From the NCBI RefSeq assembly GCF_001194135.2, contig NC_068997.1:36671815-36735752 (forward strand): a stretch of DNA of 63,938 nt, read 5' to 3'. Positions 12,099 through 25,530 of this stretch are shown in pieces (position 1 is the stretch's first letter; each line of letters begins with the position of its first letter). The stretch comes from Octopus bimaculoides. Its lineage: Eukaryota. The position numbers were made by a program, and so were the translations under genes. The notes beneath the pieces were generated by a model that saw nothing but the letters and a program-made list of their open reading frames with translations, searched no databases and was not told the DNA's origin.

Positions 12099-12326
12099 CC
12101 TTTCACATTTCGGAGGTCCCAGTTCCCAGTGAGGCCATGCTTCACAATGTCAATTAACAAAGCACAGGGGCAAACACTGTCTGTCGCGGGAATACATTTA
12201 GGGGAGCCGTGTTTCTCTCATGGTCAGCTTTATGTTGGCTGCTCACGTGTGGGGAGCAAGAGTGATGCTTTCGCGTTCGTTCCACAAGGAAAACAAAAAA
12301 ACATTGTGTACAAGGAGGTTTTATAG
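12099..12326 (+). mobile_element. Helitron helicase C-terminal fragment
   Basis: QFPVRPCFTMSINKAQGQTL..CFSHGQLYVGCSRV..KNIVYKEVL*. Confidence 0.9.
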
Positions 12327-13594
12327 GATTACTTCGATTCTTGATTTTATTAATTTAAACTTTAATTTCTTACTTTTCATCAGTAATTTCTAAGTAGGTG
12401 TGGGTTCATATTCATTGCAGTGCACTTGACACTCCATAATATCAGCCGTAAAAACGCTGATTCTTGCGGCGTTACAAAACTTCATTACAAATCAGACCCT
12501 GCTCAAAAATCACCTGTTGTTACTCACCAACACCCATTAGGCAGGCATCAGAGGATGATAGACAGGTTAGTATTTCAATTCGGTATGACTCTCAAAGAGT
12601 CAACAATGCTTTTATGACGAGATTTACATTTTCAGGCAGTTCCCTGCAATTACTTCACATTTCACCAACACCTGCACTCCGCTCAGTTCTATTTCACTCA
12701 CTTTGTCAGTACAGCAGCCTCATCTTCTACATCTGACGTACATGAAACATCTCCCCTCTTCCATCTCCTCTTTCACTATTACAGTTTACTACATCGGCAA
12801 CATTATTGCAAGATACCATTTGAAAACCAAGCAACATATCATTTTATACAACAAATGTAATCATAACGACAATCAATGAGACAAATGCATTAAAATAATT
12901 ACATGAAGAAGTAACTATCTCTTACACACCATTACAATTTACATAAAATAACAAGACTTAAACAGTCGATGAAACTAAATGCATACATCCTCTCTCTCAC
13001 CATTACATTTTACATCAAATACAAACTATTTTACACAACATGTGATGAGACATGTGTTCTGATTCATCTATTCAGCACCACTACAGTCTGACCCATCTGA
13101 CATATGATGAGTAGATGCTATTGTTGTAGATTTTCAAACTTACCCATATTTACTCACCCAAGATTAATCCTCATCTTTCCTCCATAGGGCATCTATTCTG
13201 TTTTCACAGACCATGAACTTTTGCAACAGCACATCCAATGCCATTGATGGAAAAGGAAGATGCCGTATTCACTTGCGAACGTTTTACACACCCTTACATG
13301 ACTACCTAAGACATTGTTACAATTGTGAGAACAATAAAACAGCCTTTGCAGGCCCACCTCACATTCTATTGTTGCCCACTTCTGAGAGTGTTACAATGCT
13401 CTAGGCAGGGCTTTCTGTCCGGTTGCAAATCTTTTGGTTGTTCATCAACTTATAGCAATCTTTGCCTCAATAATCATAATTGTGTAGAATCATTNNNNNN
13501 NNNNNNNNNNNNNNNNNNNNNNNNNNNNNNNNNNNNNNNNNNNNNNNNNNNNNNNNNNNNNNNNNNNNNNNNNNNNNNNNNNNNNNNNNNNNNN

Positions 13595-14699
13595 TATGTA
13601 AGTATGTGTGTCCATATGTGTGTTTGTAACAATTTCGTTTATATGAGATCAGAAAGAGACTTTGGACTTGGTTTTGGTTTCCTTTCTGTTATATACATAT
13701 ATATATTTTTTTTTTTACGTTCACGTTCCGCATAACATGTGTGAACAACACATGCAACCATGAGCAATTGTAAGGCCCTCATCTACGTGTATTTGGTGTT
13801 CAAAATTGGTCGCGTTTCAGTTATGAGGACCGACTCCTGTATTTGCCGTAAGATTTCTATGCTAATTTGGTCCAGTACACCACCATGTTATTCTTTGGCA
13901 TGCTGGTATAGCACCGAGGTTTGTTTGTGATCATTATAGTCCCTCCAATGTTCATTTACACGCTCAGCCAAACTTCTCACTGTTTCACCTATGTATGTTG
14001 TGTTTCTGTTTTTACAATCACCATCCATACAGCTTATTTTGTAGACCACATTTCTGGCTTTGCAGTTGATACCAGGACTATATTTGCACACAATGCAGTT
14101 CTCTTCTACACACTTTGTCCTTCTGAAGGGGTATGTTTTACATATTATTGATCTAATAGATCTCCCTGGATTTTCTATAACATTTATCCTCAACTTAGTA
14201 CTTTTGAGGATTTTTCGAAATCTGCGGGCTAGTTCTTCGTGTGGTGTGGCGTCTATAAACATTACNNNNNNNNNNAATCTGCGGGCTAGTTCTTCGTGTG
14301 GTGTGGCGTCTATAAACATTACTCCCTGGAACTTGTCGGTATTGTACCACATGTTCTTTCTGTTTGTTTTCTTACTAATTATTTGTAGTCTATTCCACTG
14401 TTTATTACGGTACCTAGGTTGTGTTCCATCTGTATCTTTGACAACAATCTTCTCAAATTTCTTGCTAGCTCCTCTGTATACTCGGATTCTATCTTTCTGG
14501 CTGAATCCTGAAAACTGCATGCGATGCATGAAGTCTTGTATATGTCTTTGCCTCTCCCAGGGACTGCACAGGGGGGGATATGTTTTTCATTATTCTGACT
14601 AAATCGGCTATTAATATATTAATTTTCACACTGTGTGATAGAGCCGAATTCTTATGGATAACATACTTTGAAGATATAGGTTTCATATAATGTGAGTGG
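13595..14699 (-). mobile_element. Penelope-like element, second copy of the 9850-10651 family (thumb, Cys linker, GIY-YIG)
   Basis: VMFIDATPHEELARR, CVEENCIVC, CKARNVVYKISC..YIGETVRSLAERVNEH. Nucleotide similarity to 10140-10651. Confidence 0.85.
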
Positions 14700-15389
14700 N
14701 NNNNNNNNNNNNNNNNNNNNNNNNNNNNNNNNNNNNNNNNNNNNNNNNNNNNNNNNNNNNNNNNNNNNNNNNNNNNNNNNNNNNNNNNNNNNNNNNNNNN
14801 NNNNNNNNNNNNNNNNNNNNNNNNNNNNNNNNNNNNNNNNNNNNNNNNNNNNNNNNNNNNNNNNNNNNNNNNNNNNNNNNNNNNNNNNNNNNNNNNNNNN
14901 NNNNNNNNNNNNNNNNNNNNNNNNNNNNNNNNNNNNNNNNNNNNNNNNNNNNNNNNNNNNNNNNNNNNNNNNNNNNNNNNNNNNNNNNNNNNNNNNNNNN
15001 NNNNNNNNNNNNNNNNNNNNNNNNNNNNNNNNNNNNNNNNNNNNNNNNNNNNNNNNNNNNNNNNNNNNNNNNNNNNNNNNNNNNNNNNNNNNNNNNNATA
15101 TATATATATATATATATATATATACTTTATTTAAAAGCAGCAGAAATATACCAAAAAAACCGTTACTCTGAGTTTCACGTTCCCGAGTACTCTTTTTTCC
15201 ACCTTGTTGCACATTTCATGTGCTTACTCCGGTATATATATATATATATTGACAGTTTGCATAAAAGGAAGCTAAAAACATATCCCACCCTATATATATG
15301 TACATATATTCTATACATATGTACACAGACATATTCTATTTATACATATGTAGATATTATTTTTCTTTGATTCTTTTTTACTCACCTTT

Positions 15390-16190
15390 CACTGATGTTT
15401 CCTAATGTGGTTGGCTTCTGGTGAAGGAGGTAGTTTGATAGTGCTACTCCTGTTTAAGTTTCTTGACATGATGTAGGCTCATCTGGGATCTTGAATGGCA
15501 GAAAGTCAAGGTGCTTCTTGAAAACATCTACCCTCACTCCATGTAGATCTCTCAGATTTTTGGGCCAAATATTTGAATCTCAAGCTATTGCAGTATCTTG
15601 CCCTTCCTCTAGATAGGATGTGTGGAACTTTGGAACAATACAATGTTGTCCTGTTTGGGGACTGATAGAAATCTTGGTGCTGAAGTTTGGTACCTGCCCC
15701 TCTAGGATCTTCTATATGTATATTACTGCATATCTCTCCAGCCTTTGCTCCTGAGAGTAGAGTCACAATTCTTTCAGTCTATTCCAGTAGTTCAAGTGTT
15801 TCATTGATGCAATCTTTTTGGTGTTGCACTGCTGAACTGCCTTGATTTCTGAGTTTGACATTGTGGGATCACTATAGTTCAGAGCAGTAGTCCAGATGGC
15901 TAAGGACAAATGTTCTCCATAGCACCTGCACAGTTTTCTGGACCCTTGTTCTAAAAGTTTTCAGAATTCATCCAACCATTTGCCTGCACAATACCACTGT
16001 CTTAGTGATATTTACATGAAATGATGCATCATTGCTCATATCAATCCCCTGGTCTTGTTTTGTGTTTGACTTTGAGATTGCCACTTCTATTGGTCCAAAG
16101 TATTTTTGTTGCAGCATGTTAGCACCAGCTGGCTGATAGCAGAGGGTTTGAAATTTTTCTGCTTTAAATTGAATATTGTTTCCTCAGCCC
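15390..16190 (-). mobile_element. CR1-group LINE 3' fragment
   Basis: RC reads LWRTFVLSHLDYCS and YWNRLKEL; similar to 38440-39190. Confidence 0.75.
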
Positions 16191-16502
16191 ATTTGTATAT
16201 AGCTGATACATGTATAATAGAATAAAGATATAAATAGGCAAACAACTTGCATTCGGTCAGATTATGACATATATTTAAATATCAATACATAATGATATTA
16301 TTGAATGTTACATTAGTTTAGATTACAAGGCATCAATAAATGATCAGAGGAAGAATGTTCATAATCTTTATGGTATATGCTGGTATTTACCTGGAACGGT
16401 TATACAGTAAGTCCAAATTATTGGTATTAGGTAAAGTTGGTCATCATAGGTAGAGTCCAAAGTTGGATGAAAAAGAGGAGGAAAGTGTGTAGGTAGACTC
16501 TT

Positions 16503-19500
16503 TGTTGTGGTGAGAGTCACAACACTCCCTGTAAGAAGAGACTGGACCAAATGACTATAAGTAGTAGCGGTCTGAGCAAGAGACAGAGAGTAGGTGTTAA
16601 TCGCAGGAAGTCGTAAGGTGTTGCTTAAGTAGTTTGTCAGAATATCATTTGTTGGTTCATGTATAGTTCATGGAGAGTTTGTTGGATTGTTATGTTGTTA
16701 TTATCCTGCTTTGTTCTCTGTTTGTTGTTACTACACAGTTATAGTGTGAAATGTATTGTCATAACAATTGGCAATACAACAATATTGGTAACGAGGATTT
16801 GAAACTCACGCAGATTAGTTAACAAATTTTTGTGATACGAAGTTGTTAATTATGGAAGACCTATTAGCTTCTATAATACAGTTGCAAAAGCAACAGCAAG
16901 AACAGCAACAGGAGTTGCAGAAACAACAACTACAGCAACAAGAAAAGCAACAACAGTTAATGCAGCTACATCTTAAGAAGTCTGGAAACACTATAAGTTT
17001 GTTTTCACCAGATGGCGTATCAAACTCTATAACATGATTCAGTTATGATCCAGAGGAGGGTATAACAGTTGCAGCATACTTTAGAAGGTATGAAGAAATC
17101 TTCAGGGAAGATTGCAAGATGGACAATGAAAAAGTAAGAGTATTATTATGTAAATTAGCAGTGGCTGAACATCAAAAATATTGTATGTTTAAGTGCCTCA
17201 TTTTTGTACAAGGGCTTACAGCAAACAAAGATGTGAAGATATGTGCAAGAATTCTCACAAGACTTGAACAAGCAGACCAAAGTTTAACCCAGCAGACAGT
17301 TGCAGAGGAGTGTCAAAGAATGGTAAACTTATGTCAAGATGTAAAGAAAATTGAAGAGAAAGAGTTCTCACAAGTACAAGCATGTCGACCGGAAAGGTAT
17401 AAACAAAAAAATATGTTAAGACGAAACCCAAGCTACAGGTGTGGAGCCCTACATTTTAGGAAGGACCCTTCCAAAATGCAAAAATGTCACAGTTGCCAAA
17501 AAGTAGGATGCAAGAGCTCACATTCCAGAGCAAAATTAGGAAGGTCAAACAAAAAATTCTAAAGTTTTTCCAATAGAAAGTAGAAGCAACACCAAAAAGA
17601 GGAAATTTGTACATGTAAAAGTAAATGAAGTGAATATTAAATTACAACTAGATATCAATTATTGATACCAATATGTGGAAAAGAATTGGAAGACCCACAT
17701 TAAGAAGAGCATCAAGAAGGCCTGACAGGGGAAAAACTACACTTTGTAGGCGAAATGTGGAGTGATATCACATTTCAAGAAATGTTTTTATGGTAAAAAA
17801 ACACAGTCTGTTCAGTATGGACTGGTTGGAGTTGTTTGACTTATGGGACCTCCCCATAAGTTTGTTCTCTAAAAAAATATATGGCTGTCCCTCCAGTGAA
17901 AATAACTCAGCAGCTGAATTGAAGGAAAATGGAAAAACTTGTTTCATGAAATGCTGTCAGATAAATTAGATCTCTGTTTTAAGACTGAGGCCTGTTTTCA
18001 AATAAAGGAAAATGTTGTACTTGTATTGAAACCTAATAGAAAGGTACTATTTGCTGCGATAAAACATGTAGAGGAAGAATTAGACAGACTGGAGAAAATG
18101 GCAATTATTCAAAAAGTAGATTATTCTAAGTGGGCAGCACCAACTGTGTGTATTAATTAAAAATAACAAAGGGTGTGTGCCAATGTTTCTATTGGTTTGA
18201 ATGACTGTCTAAAAATGTGCCACTATCCATTGCTTACTCCAGATGATATTTTTGCAAAATTAAATGGTAGCAAAATATTTTTGAAACTGGATCTGTCTAA
18301 TGTGTATCTATAAATTAAAGTAGATCAGGAATGCTCAAAGCTTCAAATAGTGAATACACAGAGAGGACTATACAAATATAATAGATTGCCATTTGGTCTG
18401 CAGGTTGCACCTGCAATATTTCAACAGGTTATAGATGCAATGTTGGCGCACTGTCAATTTGCAATTCCGTGCCTCAATGATGCATTAATTAAAAGTGAAT
18501 CTTGTGATCAGCATATTGAAAATGTGAAGTGTGTTTTTCAAAAAATAACAGAAATGTGAATTTTTTTTTTGCCTGAAATTAAATATTTAGGACAAATTAT
18601 AGATAAAAATGGAAGACGACCTAACCCGTCAAGAGCAGACGTAATTAAAAATATGCCTCCTCCAACTAATATAACGACATAGCAAGCTTTTCTTGGCCTA
18701 GCAAACTATTATCAAAATTACCTACCAAACATGTATGAATTAAGAGCTCCACTTAATAATTTGCTATGGAAAGATGCCAAATGGAAATGGTGAAATAACT
18801 GTCAAAAGGCATTTCAGGATGTTAAAAAATATTAATTTTGGATTTGTCACTAGCTCATTTCAATCCTGCTGCAGAGAATGTTGTATAATAGCTTCTGATG
18901 CTTCTGAATATGGCGGAGCAGTTTTGCTACATAAATATAAAGACGGTAATATGAAGGCGGTGGCTCATGCCTCACGTGCTCTGATTGCAGCAGAGAAAAA
19001 CTAGTCAGATAGAGAAAGACGCTCTAGTGACTATTTTTGCCATGAAGAAATTTCCCAAATTTCTACATGGTAGAAGTGTTTGGCTTCAGACAGACCACCA
19101 ACCATTACTATCAATTTTGGATCGAAGAAAGGAATTTCTACCCATTCAGCTAACAGATTACAACAATGGGGTACAATATTGTTAAATTACAACTTTAAGA
19201 TGGAGTACATTCCTTCTAAGAAAATTGGCCTTGCGGATTTTTTATCTAGGCTAATTCTGAAGAATACAGAACCACTGAAAGATACGGTGATACCCGCATT
19301 ACAATCAGAAAAGGAAATTAAAAACATTAATGTGATTCAGGAGTTGCTAGTGACTGTTCAAGATATAAAAAGTAAATCAGTGGAGGACAAATACATGATA
19401 AAAATGAAGGAAACCTTGAAAAATACACAAAAGAGAAACATGAATGCGAACCGTTTTTCACTCTGCAATAATGTATTAATCTATGCACAAAGGGTGGTAG

Positions 19501-21277
19501 TACCAACTGCACTACAGAAATGGATATTACATGAATTTCATAGTGGACACCCAGGGATGTCAAGAATGAAAGTTTTGATGTAGAGTTATGTGTTTTGGCC
19601 GACAATGGACCGGGACATTGAAAATTTGGTAAAATCATGAAGGTGTTACACACTAGCAGTCAAGGCACCACCAGTGAAATATCAATTGTGACTGAGATGG
19701 TCCAGTGGTATATATAGACTACACTGGTCCAGGGTATATATAGACTACCCGTGGTCCAGGGTATATATAGATTACACTGGACCAGTTAAAGGCACATACT
19801 ACTTGATCATTGTTGATAGCTTTACCAAGTGGCCAAAAGTATGTTGGTGTGGTTAACCTACTTTGAAAGCAACAATAAAGTTCCTGCATTAACTTTTTGC
19901 TCGATATGGTGTTCTGGACACCATAGTATTGGACAATGGAACACAATTCACTGGATACAAGTTCAAGAAATTCTGCAAAATGCATGCAATCAAGCACGTC
20001 AAACAGGCAAGCAAAACAATTCGTAGATACTTTCAAGCAAGTACTAAAAAAAGCAAGATAGGAAATGATGAAGCACTAACTAAATTCTTAAGGGTGTACA
20101 GAATAACGCCCAATCCGAATACCAAGTTCAGGCAAGTCGCTTGCAGAGCTAATGTTCGCTCAAAAGATTAAATTGATCTTTGACAAATTGTTGCCGAGAA
20201 AATACAAAAGATTCAACTGAACACTTTGATGTTAGAGACAAAGTCCATTTCAAAGTATACAAGAATGGTAAAGAGAGTTGGCAGGATGGTGTACTGACTA
20301 AAAGAATGGGAAACATGATGTATTTAATAAAAGGCCAATGATGGGAGCATAAACAACACCTAAATCAATTAAAAACCAGGCATAGAGAAGAAAGTAAGGA
20401 AACTTCAATGGAAGTGTTTTGTGGCATGTTCGATGTGCTAGCACCAAAAGAGATTGAGCCTAGAAGGAGTAGTAACAGAAAATGTAAACAAAGTGAACAT
20501 TTAGAAATAATTCCTCTGTAGAAAAGTTACTAAACTCCCTAGAGAAGCAAAATTTCAAAAAGGGAGAGGTGTTGGAAAGAAAAAAAAATAATAATTATAA
20601 TATAGGCGCAGGTGTGGCTATGTGGTAGGAAGCTTGCTTCCCAACCACATGGTTCCGGGCTCAGTCCTACTGAGTGGCCCCTTGGGCAAGTGTCTTCTAC
20701 TATAACCTCGGGCCGACCAAAGCATTGTGAGTGGGTTTGGTAGACAGAAACTGAAAGAAGTCCATCATATATATATATATGTATGTATTTGTGTCTGCGT
20801 TCCCCCCCCCCCCAACCATCACTTGACAACTAGTGTTGGTGCGTTTACATCCCCATAACTTAGTGGTTTGGCAGAAGAGACTGATAGAATAAGTACTAGG
20901 CTTACAAAGAATAAGTCCTGGGGTCGATTTGTTCGACTAAAGGCAGTGCTCCAGCATGGTCGCAGTCAAATGACTGAAACAAGTAAAAGAATAATAAAAT
21001 AAATTTTGTTTCCTACGGAAGTCAAAATCTCGAAAGAGGAGCTGTTGTGGCAAGAGTCACAACACACCTTGCGAGAATAGACTTGACTGAATGACTATAA
21101 ATAGTAGCAGTCTGAGTGAGAGACAGAGAGAGTTGGTGTTAACTGCAAGAAGTCGTAAGGTGTGGTTTTGGTAGTTTGTTGAATTGTTATGTTGTTGTTA
21201 CACAGCCTCATATGTTTTATTGTTACTACATGGTTATAGTGTAAAAAAGTATTGTTGTAGCAATTGGCAATACAACA
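16503..21277 (+). mobile_element. Ty3/Gypsy LTR retrotransposon, both LTRs, degenerate gag-pol
   Basis: LTRs 16503-16781 and 21043-21277 (TG..CA); 5-bp TSD CTCTT; PBS TGGTAACGAGGAT (16786; resembles the tRNA-Ser 3' complement). RT YNRLPFGL..APAIFQ, RNaseH DAS..LQTDH, integrase DNGTQF. Confidence 0.92.
20605..20995 (+). mobile_element. tRNA-derived SINE family A, full length, inserted near the 3' LTR
   Basis: A-box TGGCTATGTGG, B-box-like GGGCTCAGTCC, central ggtagacagaaactgaaagaag (Nin/Deu-like from memory), A-rich tail. Confidence 0.85.
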
Positions 21278-21795
21278 CTCTTATAGCTGTTTCAAGAACA
21301 GATGTTCAGATGATGCATTTCTCTGCCAGCAATCAGCAGCCAATCTTATTACAACAATCTATTCCATGATCAGAGGAAGAATACCAATAATACCATAGAA
21401 TACAGTTGTGTGTGTGTGTATTATTATTATTAGATAATAAATCATATGGTATACATCTGATACTTTACTGGTAAAGCTTGTTCACTTTCACAGTATTCGT
21501 TGGGTATTTGATTAATGAGAGAGACAGAAGATGGAATATGCAAAAATGCTTATTGATCCCTACAAATGTTTTGACCCATCTAGCATCAATCCTTCACAGG
21601 TGAAATACTGAACAACTGGTTTAGGAATATCCGTCGGTGTAGGTGTGTCTCCTCAAGTGGTTACAAGCTGTAACACAGGTAGAAGCTCTCTGAACTTTCT
21701 TATTCTAGCAGTTACACTCTGTTCTTATTCTAGCAACCACACTCTTGGAGCATCCACCTCCACAGCTGACTTGATCACCTAGATAATGAAAGCTA

Positions 21796-22030
21796 GGTAC
21801 AGGCATTGCTGTGTAGTAAGAAGTTTACATAGTTCAGGATTCAGTCCCACTGCATAGCACTTTGGGCAAGAGCCTTCAACTACAGCCCAGGGCTAACCAA
21901 ACCTTTGTAACTGAATTTGGTAGATGATAACTGAAAGAAGCTCATCGTATATATATTTATACACATATACATACATATTTACAGGTATCTGTGTGTGCAT
22001 GCATTTCTGTTTGCCCCTCTCCACTGCTTG
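21796..22030 (+). mobile_element. SINE family A, degenerate 5' part
   Basis: ttcagtcccactgc..ttgggcaag..gaatttggtaga..actgaaagaag. Confidence 0.65.
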
Positions 22031-22109
22031 AGAATAAGGGATCACATATTCACTCTAACACAGCTTATAGAACAAATGAATGAATTACAAGCTGTGTCTG
22101 TGCATCACT

Positions 22110-22860
22110 TTCATTGGCTCTAAAAAGGCTTTCAGTAGTGTCGAGTTAAATGCAGTGTTGAAATCTTTGGAAATGCAAGGAGTTGAGACACAATATACCT
22201 AACTGCTAAGGGATGCAAACTCTGGGTGCACCATAGATATAGTTCTACTATCACCACCAGTAAGAGTTCCAATTGGGAAGGGTGTCAGACAAGGAGATAC
22301 CATCTCTCCAAAACTCTTCACTGCATGACTACAAATGGTCATCAGAGATATTGACTGGACAGGTGGCATGAACATCAATGATGAGCTACTAACACACCTC
22401 CATTTCACAGACAACATTGTACTTATCACTGAAACCACAAATCAGCTGTAAACCATCCTGACAGAACTGGACATCCATACCTCAGCAGTAGGCCTTAAAA
22501 TGAACCTTGTGAAAACAAAATACATGCAGTCTGAAAACATAGCTCAAAGCTATTATGGAAAGCAATGAATCTGAAGAGGTAAAGAAGTATATCTACTTAA
22601 GGCACACAGTGAGTATGCACCAAGACATGGATGCTGAAATCTTGAAGGGAATAAGGGTAAGACAGAAGGCAGTTATCTCAATAAAGGATGTGCTTAAAGT
22701 GAAGCTGAACAAGACCAGACATGCAAGATTCTTCAATAGCAGTGCCCCGCCTGCACTCTTACACACAAGATATGGACTACTATGAAGAAGGAAGAATGTT
22801 GATTGGCTACAACACAAAGTGCCATAGAAATATCCATGCTGGGAATATCATTGTGAGAGC
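22110..22860 (+). mobile_element. RTE-1-like LINE RT fragment (different family)
   Basis: KKAFSSVE, IGKGVRQGDTISPKLFTA, LTHLHFTDNIVL (YADD equivalent), YIYL. Confidence 0.8.
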
Positions 22861-22989
22861 AGAGTTGGGATGGCATCTCCTGGAAATGATATTATATGGT
22901 TTTGCATGCTATACTATGGGCCAGCTTATGTTATACCTAATTTTATCTTCCTTAAGTTGCCATACAAAATTGGCCAAAGATGTTGAATG

Positions 22990-24136
22990 TCTCTTATTGA
23001 TTTTAAAAGGCAGACTGTATGACACATGTGTACGAACAGCCATGCTTCATGGCAGTGAAACATGGGCTGTGACTGCTGACGACATGCGTAGGCTCGCAAG
23101 GAATGAAGCCAGTATGCTCCGATGGATGTGTAATGTCAGTGTGCATACTAGACAGAGTATTAGTACCTTGAGAGAAAAGTTGAACTTACGAAGCATCAGT
23201 TGTGGTGTGCAAGAGAGACGACTGCGCTGGTATGGTCATGTAGCGATGAGGATAGATGTGTGAAAAAGTGCCGCACCCTAGCAGTTGAGGGAACCTGTGG
23301 AAGAGGTAGGCCCAGGAAGACCTAGGATGAGGTGGTGAAGCACGGCCTTCGAACTTAGGACCTCACCAAGGCGATGACTTGTGACTGAGACCTTTGGAAA
23401 TATGCTGTGTGTGAGAAGACCCGGCAAGCCAAGTGAGACCTAAATCTAAGGCCTCAGCCAGTCCACTTATGCGTACCTTCCTTCATTGGACACCAAACTC
23501 CACTTGGGAAGACCTGTTGAGGAAAGTGAAATCGAAATCGAGTTAAATTGGACACTAAACTCCACTTGCGAAGACCTGTTGAGGCAAGTGAAATCGAAAT
23601 CGAGTTAAATTCGACGACTAGCACCCATGCCAACATCGTCTCCTTCATTGGGACACGAAACTCAGCTTGCGAAGACTTATTGGGGCAAGCAAAATCAAAA
23701 TCGTGATGGCACCTGTGCCCAGCGTCGCTTTTCTGGCACTTGTGCCCGCAGCATGAGTAAGGACTTTCGAGCGAGTTCGTTGCCAATGCCCCGAGACTGG
23801 CTCTTGTGCGGGTGACACATAAAATACACCATTTTGAGCGTGGCCGTTGCCAGTACCGCCTGACAGGCCTTCGTGCGGGTGACACGTAAAAGCACCCACT
23901 ACACTCTCTGAGTGGTTGGCGTTAGGAAGGGCATCCAGCCGNNNNNNNNNNGTAAAAGCACCCACTACACTCTCTGAGTGGTTGGCGTTAGGAAGGGCAT
24001 CCAGCCGTAGAAACTCTGCCAAATCAGATTGGAGCCTGGTGTAGCCATCTGGTTTCACCAGTCCTCAGTCAAATCGTCCAAGCCATGCTAGCATAGAAAA
24101 CGGACGTTAAACGACAATGATGATGATGATGATGAT
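22990..24136 (+). mobile_element. RTE LINE 3' portion with 3' UTR and (GAT)n tail
   Basis: KGRLYDTCVRTAMLHGSETW..RRLRWYGHV; tail ggacgttaaacgacaatgatgat. Confidence 0.9.
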
Positions 24137-24332
24137 ATCGACATGGGTGCAATAACCAGTTGTTAAGTATCCCGCTCATGAGGGATTGATGCTACATGGG
24201 TCAAAACAATTGTAGTGACTAATAAAAATTCTCGTATCTTCCATCATTCATTTCTCATTAAGCAAATACATAAACGCTGTGAAATTGATCATACTTTACA
24301 AGTAAGCTACCAGGTATAAACTATTTGTTTTA

Positions 24333-24365
<33 letters not shown>

Positions 24366-24492
24366 TATTTATATACATACATGCATATATAGATATATAT
24401 ACATATATATATATATATACATAAATACATATATATATATATATATATACATAAATACATATATATATATATACATATATACGCCACTCCCT

Positions 24493-24663
24493 AACAGTTG
24501 AGGGAACCCGTGGAAGAGGTAGGCCCAGGAAGACCTGGGCTGAGGTGGTGAGGCAAGACCTTCGAACATTGGGGCCTCACCGAGGCGATGACTACTGACC
24601 GAGACCTTTGGAAATGTGCTGTGCGTGAGAAGACCCGGCAAGCCAAGTGAGATCGTTGCCAGT
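24493..24663 (+). mobile_element. RTE fragment (ORF end)
   Basis: [12 protein letters not shown]-like sequence matching 23290-23440. Confidence 0.75.
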
Positions 24664-25530
24664 NNNNNNNNNNNNNNNNNNNNNNNNNNNNNNNNNNNNN
24701 NNNNNNNNNNNNNNNNNNNNNNNNNNNNNNNNNNNNNNNNNNNNNNNNNNNNNNNNNNNNNNNNNNNNNNNNNNNNNNNNNNNNNNNNNNNNNNNNNNNN
24801 NNNNNNNNNNNNNNNNNNNNNNNNNNNNNNNNNNNNNNNNNNNNNNNNNNNNNNNNNNNNNNNNNNNNNNNNNNNNNNNNNNNNNNNNNNNNNNNNNNNN
24901 NNNNNNNNNNNNNNNNNNNNNNNNNNNNNNNNNNNNNNNNNNNNNNNNNNNNNNNNNNNNNNNNNNNNNNNNNNNNNNNNNNNNNNNNNNNNNNNNNNNN
25001 NNNNNNNNNNNNNNNNNNNNNNNNNNNNNNNNNNNNNNNNNNNNNNNNNNNNNNNNNNNNNNNNNNNNNNNNNNNNNNNNNNNNNNNNNNNNNNNNNNNN
25101 NNNNNNNNNNNNNNNNNNNNNNNNNNNNNNNNNNNNNNNNNNNNNNNNNNNNNNNNNNNNNNNNNNNNNNNNNNNNNNNNNNNNNNNNNNNNNNNNNNNN
25201 NNNNNNNNNNNNNNNNNNNNNNNNNNNNNNNNNNNNNNNNNNNNNNNNNNNNNNNNNNNNNNNNNNNNNNNNNNNNNNNNNNNNNNNNNNNNNNNNNNNN
25301 NNNNNNNNNNNNNNNNNNNNNNNNNNNNNNNNNNNNNNNNNNNNNNNNNNNNNNNNNNNNNNNNNNNNNNNNNNNNNNNNNNNNNNNNNNNNNNNNNNNN
25401 NNNNNNNNNNNNNNNNNNNNNNNNNNNNNNNNNNNNNNNNNNNNNNNNNNNNNNNNNNNNNNNNNNNNNNNNNNNNNNNNNNNNNNNNNNNNNNNNNNNN
25501 NNNNNNNNNNNNNNNNNNNNNNNNNNNNNA

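Noticed and set aside
12420-13490. Possible hAT or Helitron coding remnants
   Set aside because: Motifs too degenerate to support a call
15378-15395. Perfect minus-strand donor AG|GTGAGT
   Set aside because: Lies at the 3' end of a CR1 fragment with no open upstream exon
19690-19790. Three tandem copies of about 26 bp in the Gypsy integrase
   Set aside because: Local slippage duplication in a dead element; likewise the small duplications at 42820-42890 and 59860-59930
23885-24010. Exact tandem duplication across a 10-N gap (also 14218-14330)
   Set aside because: Typical unmerged contig overlap; assembly artefact
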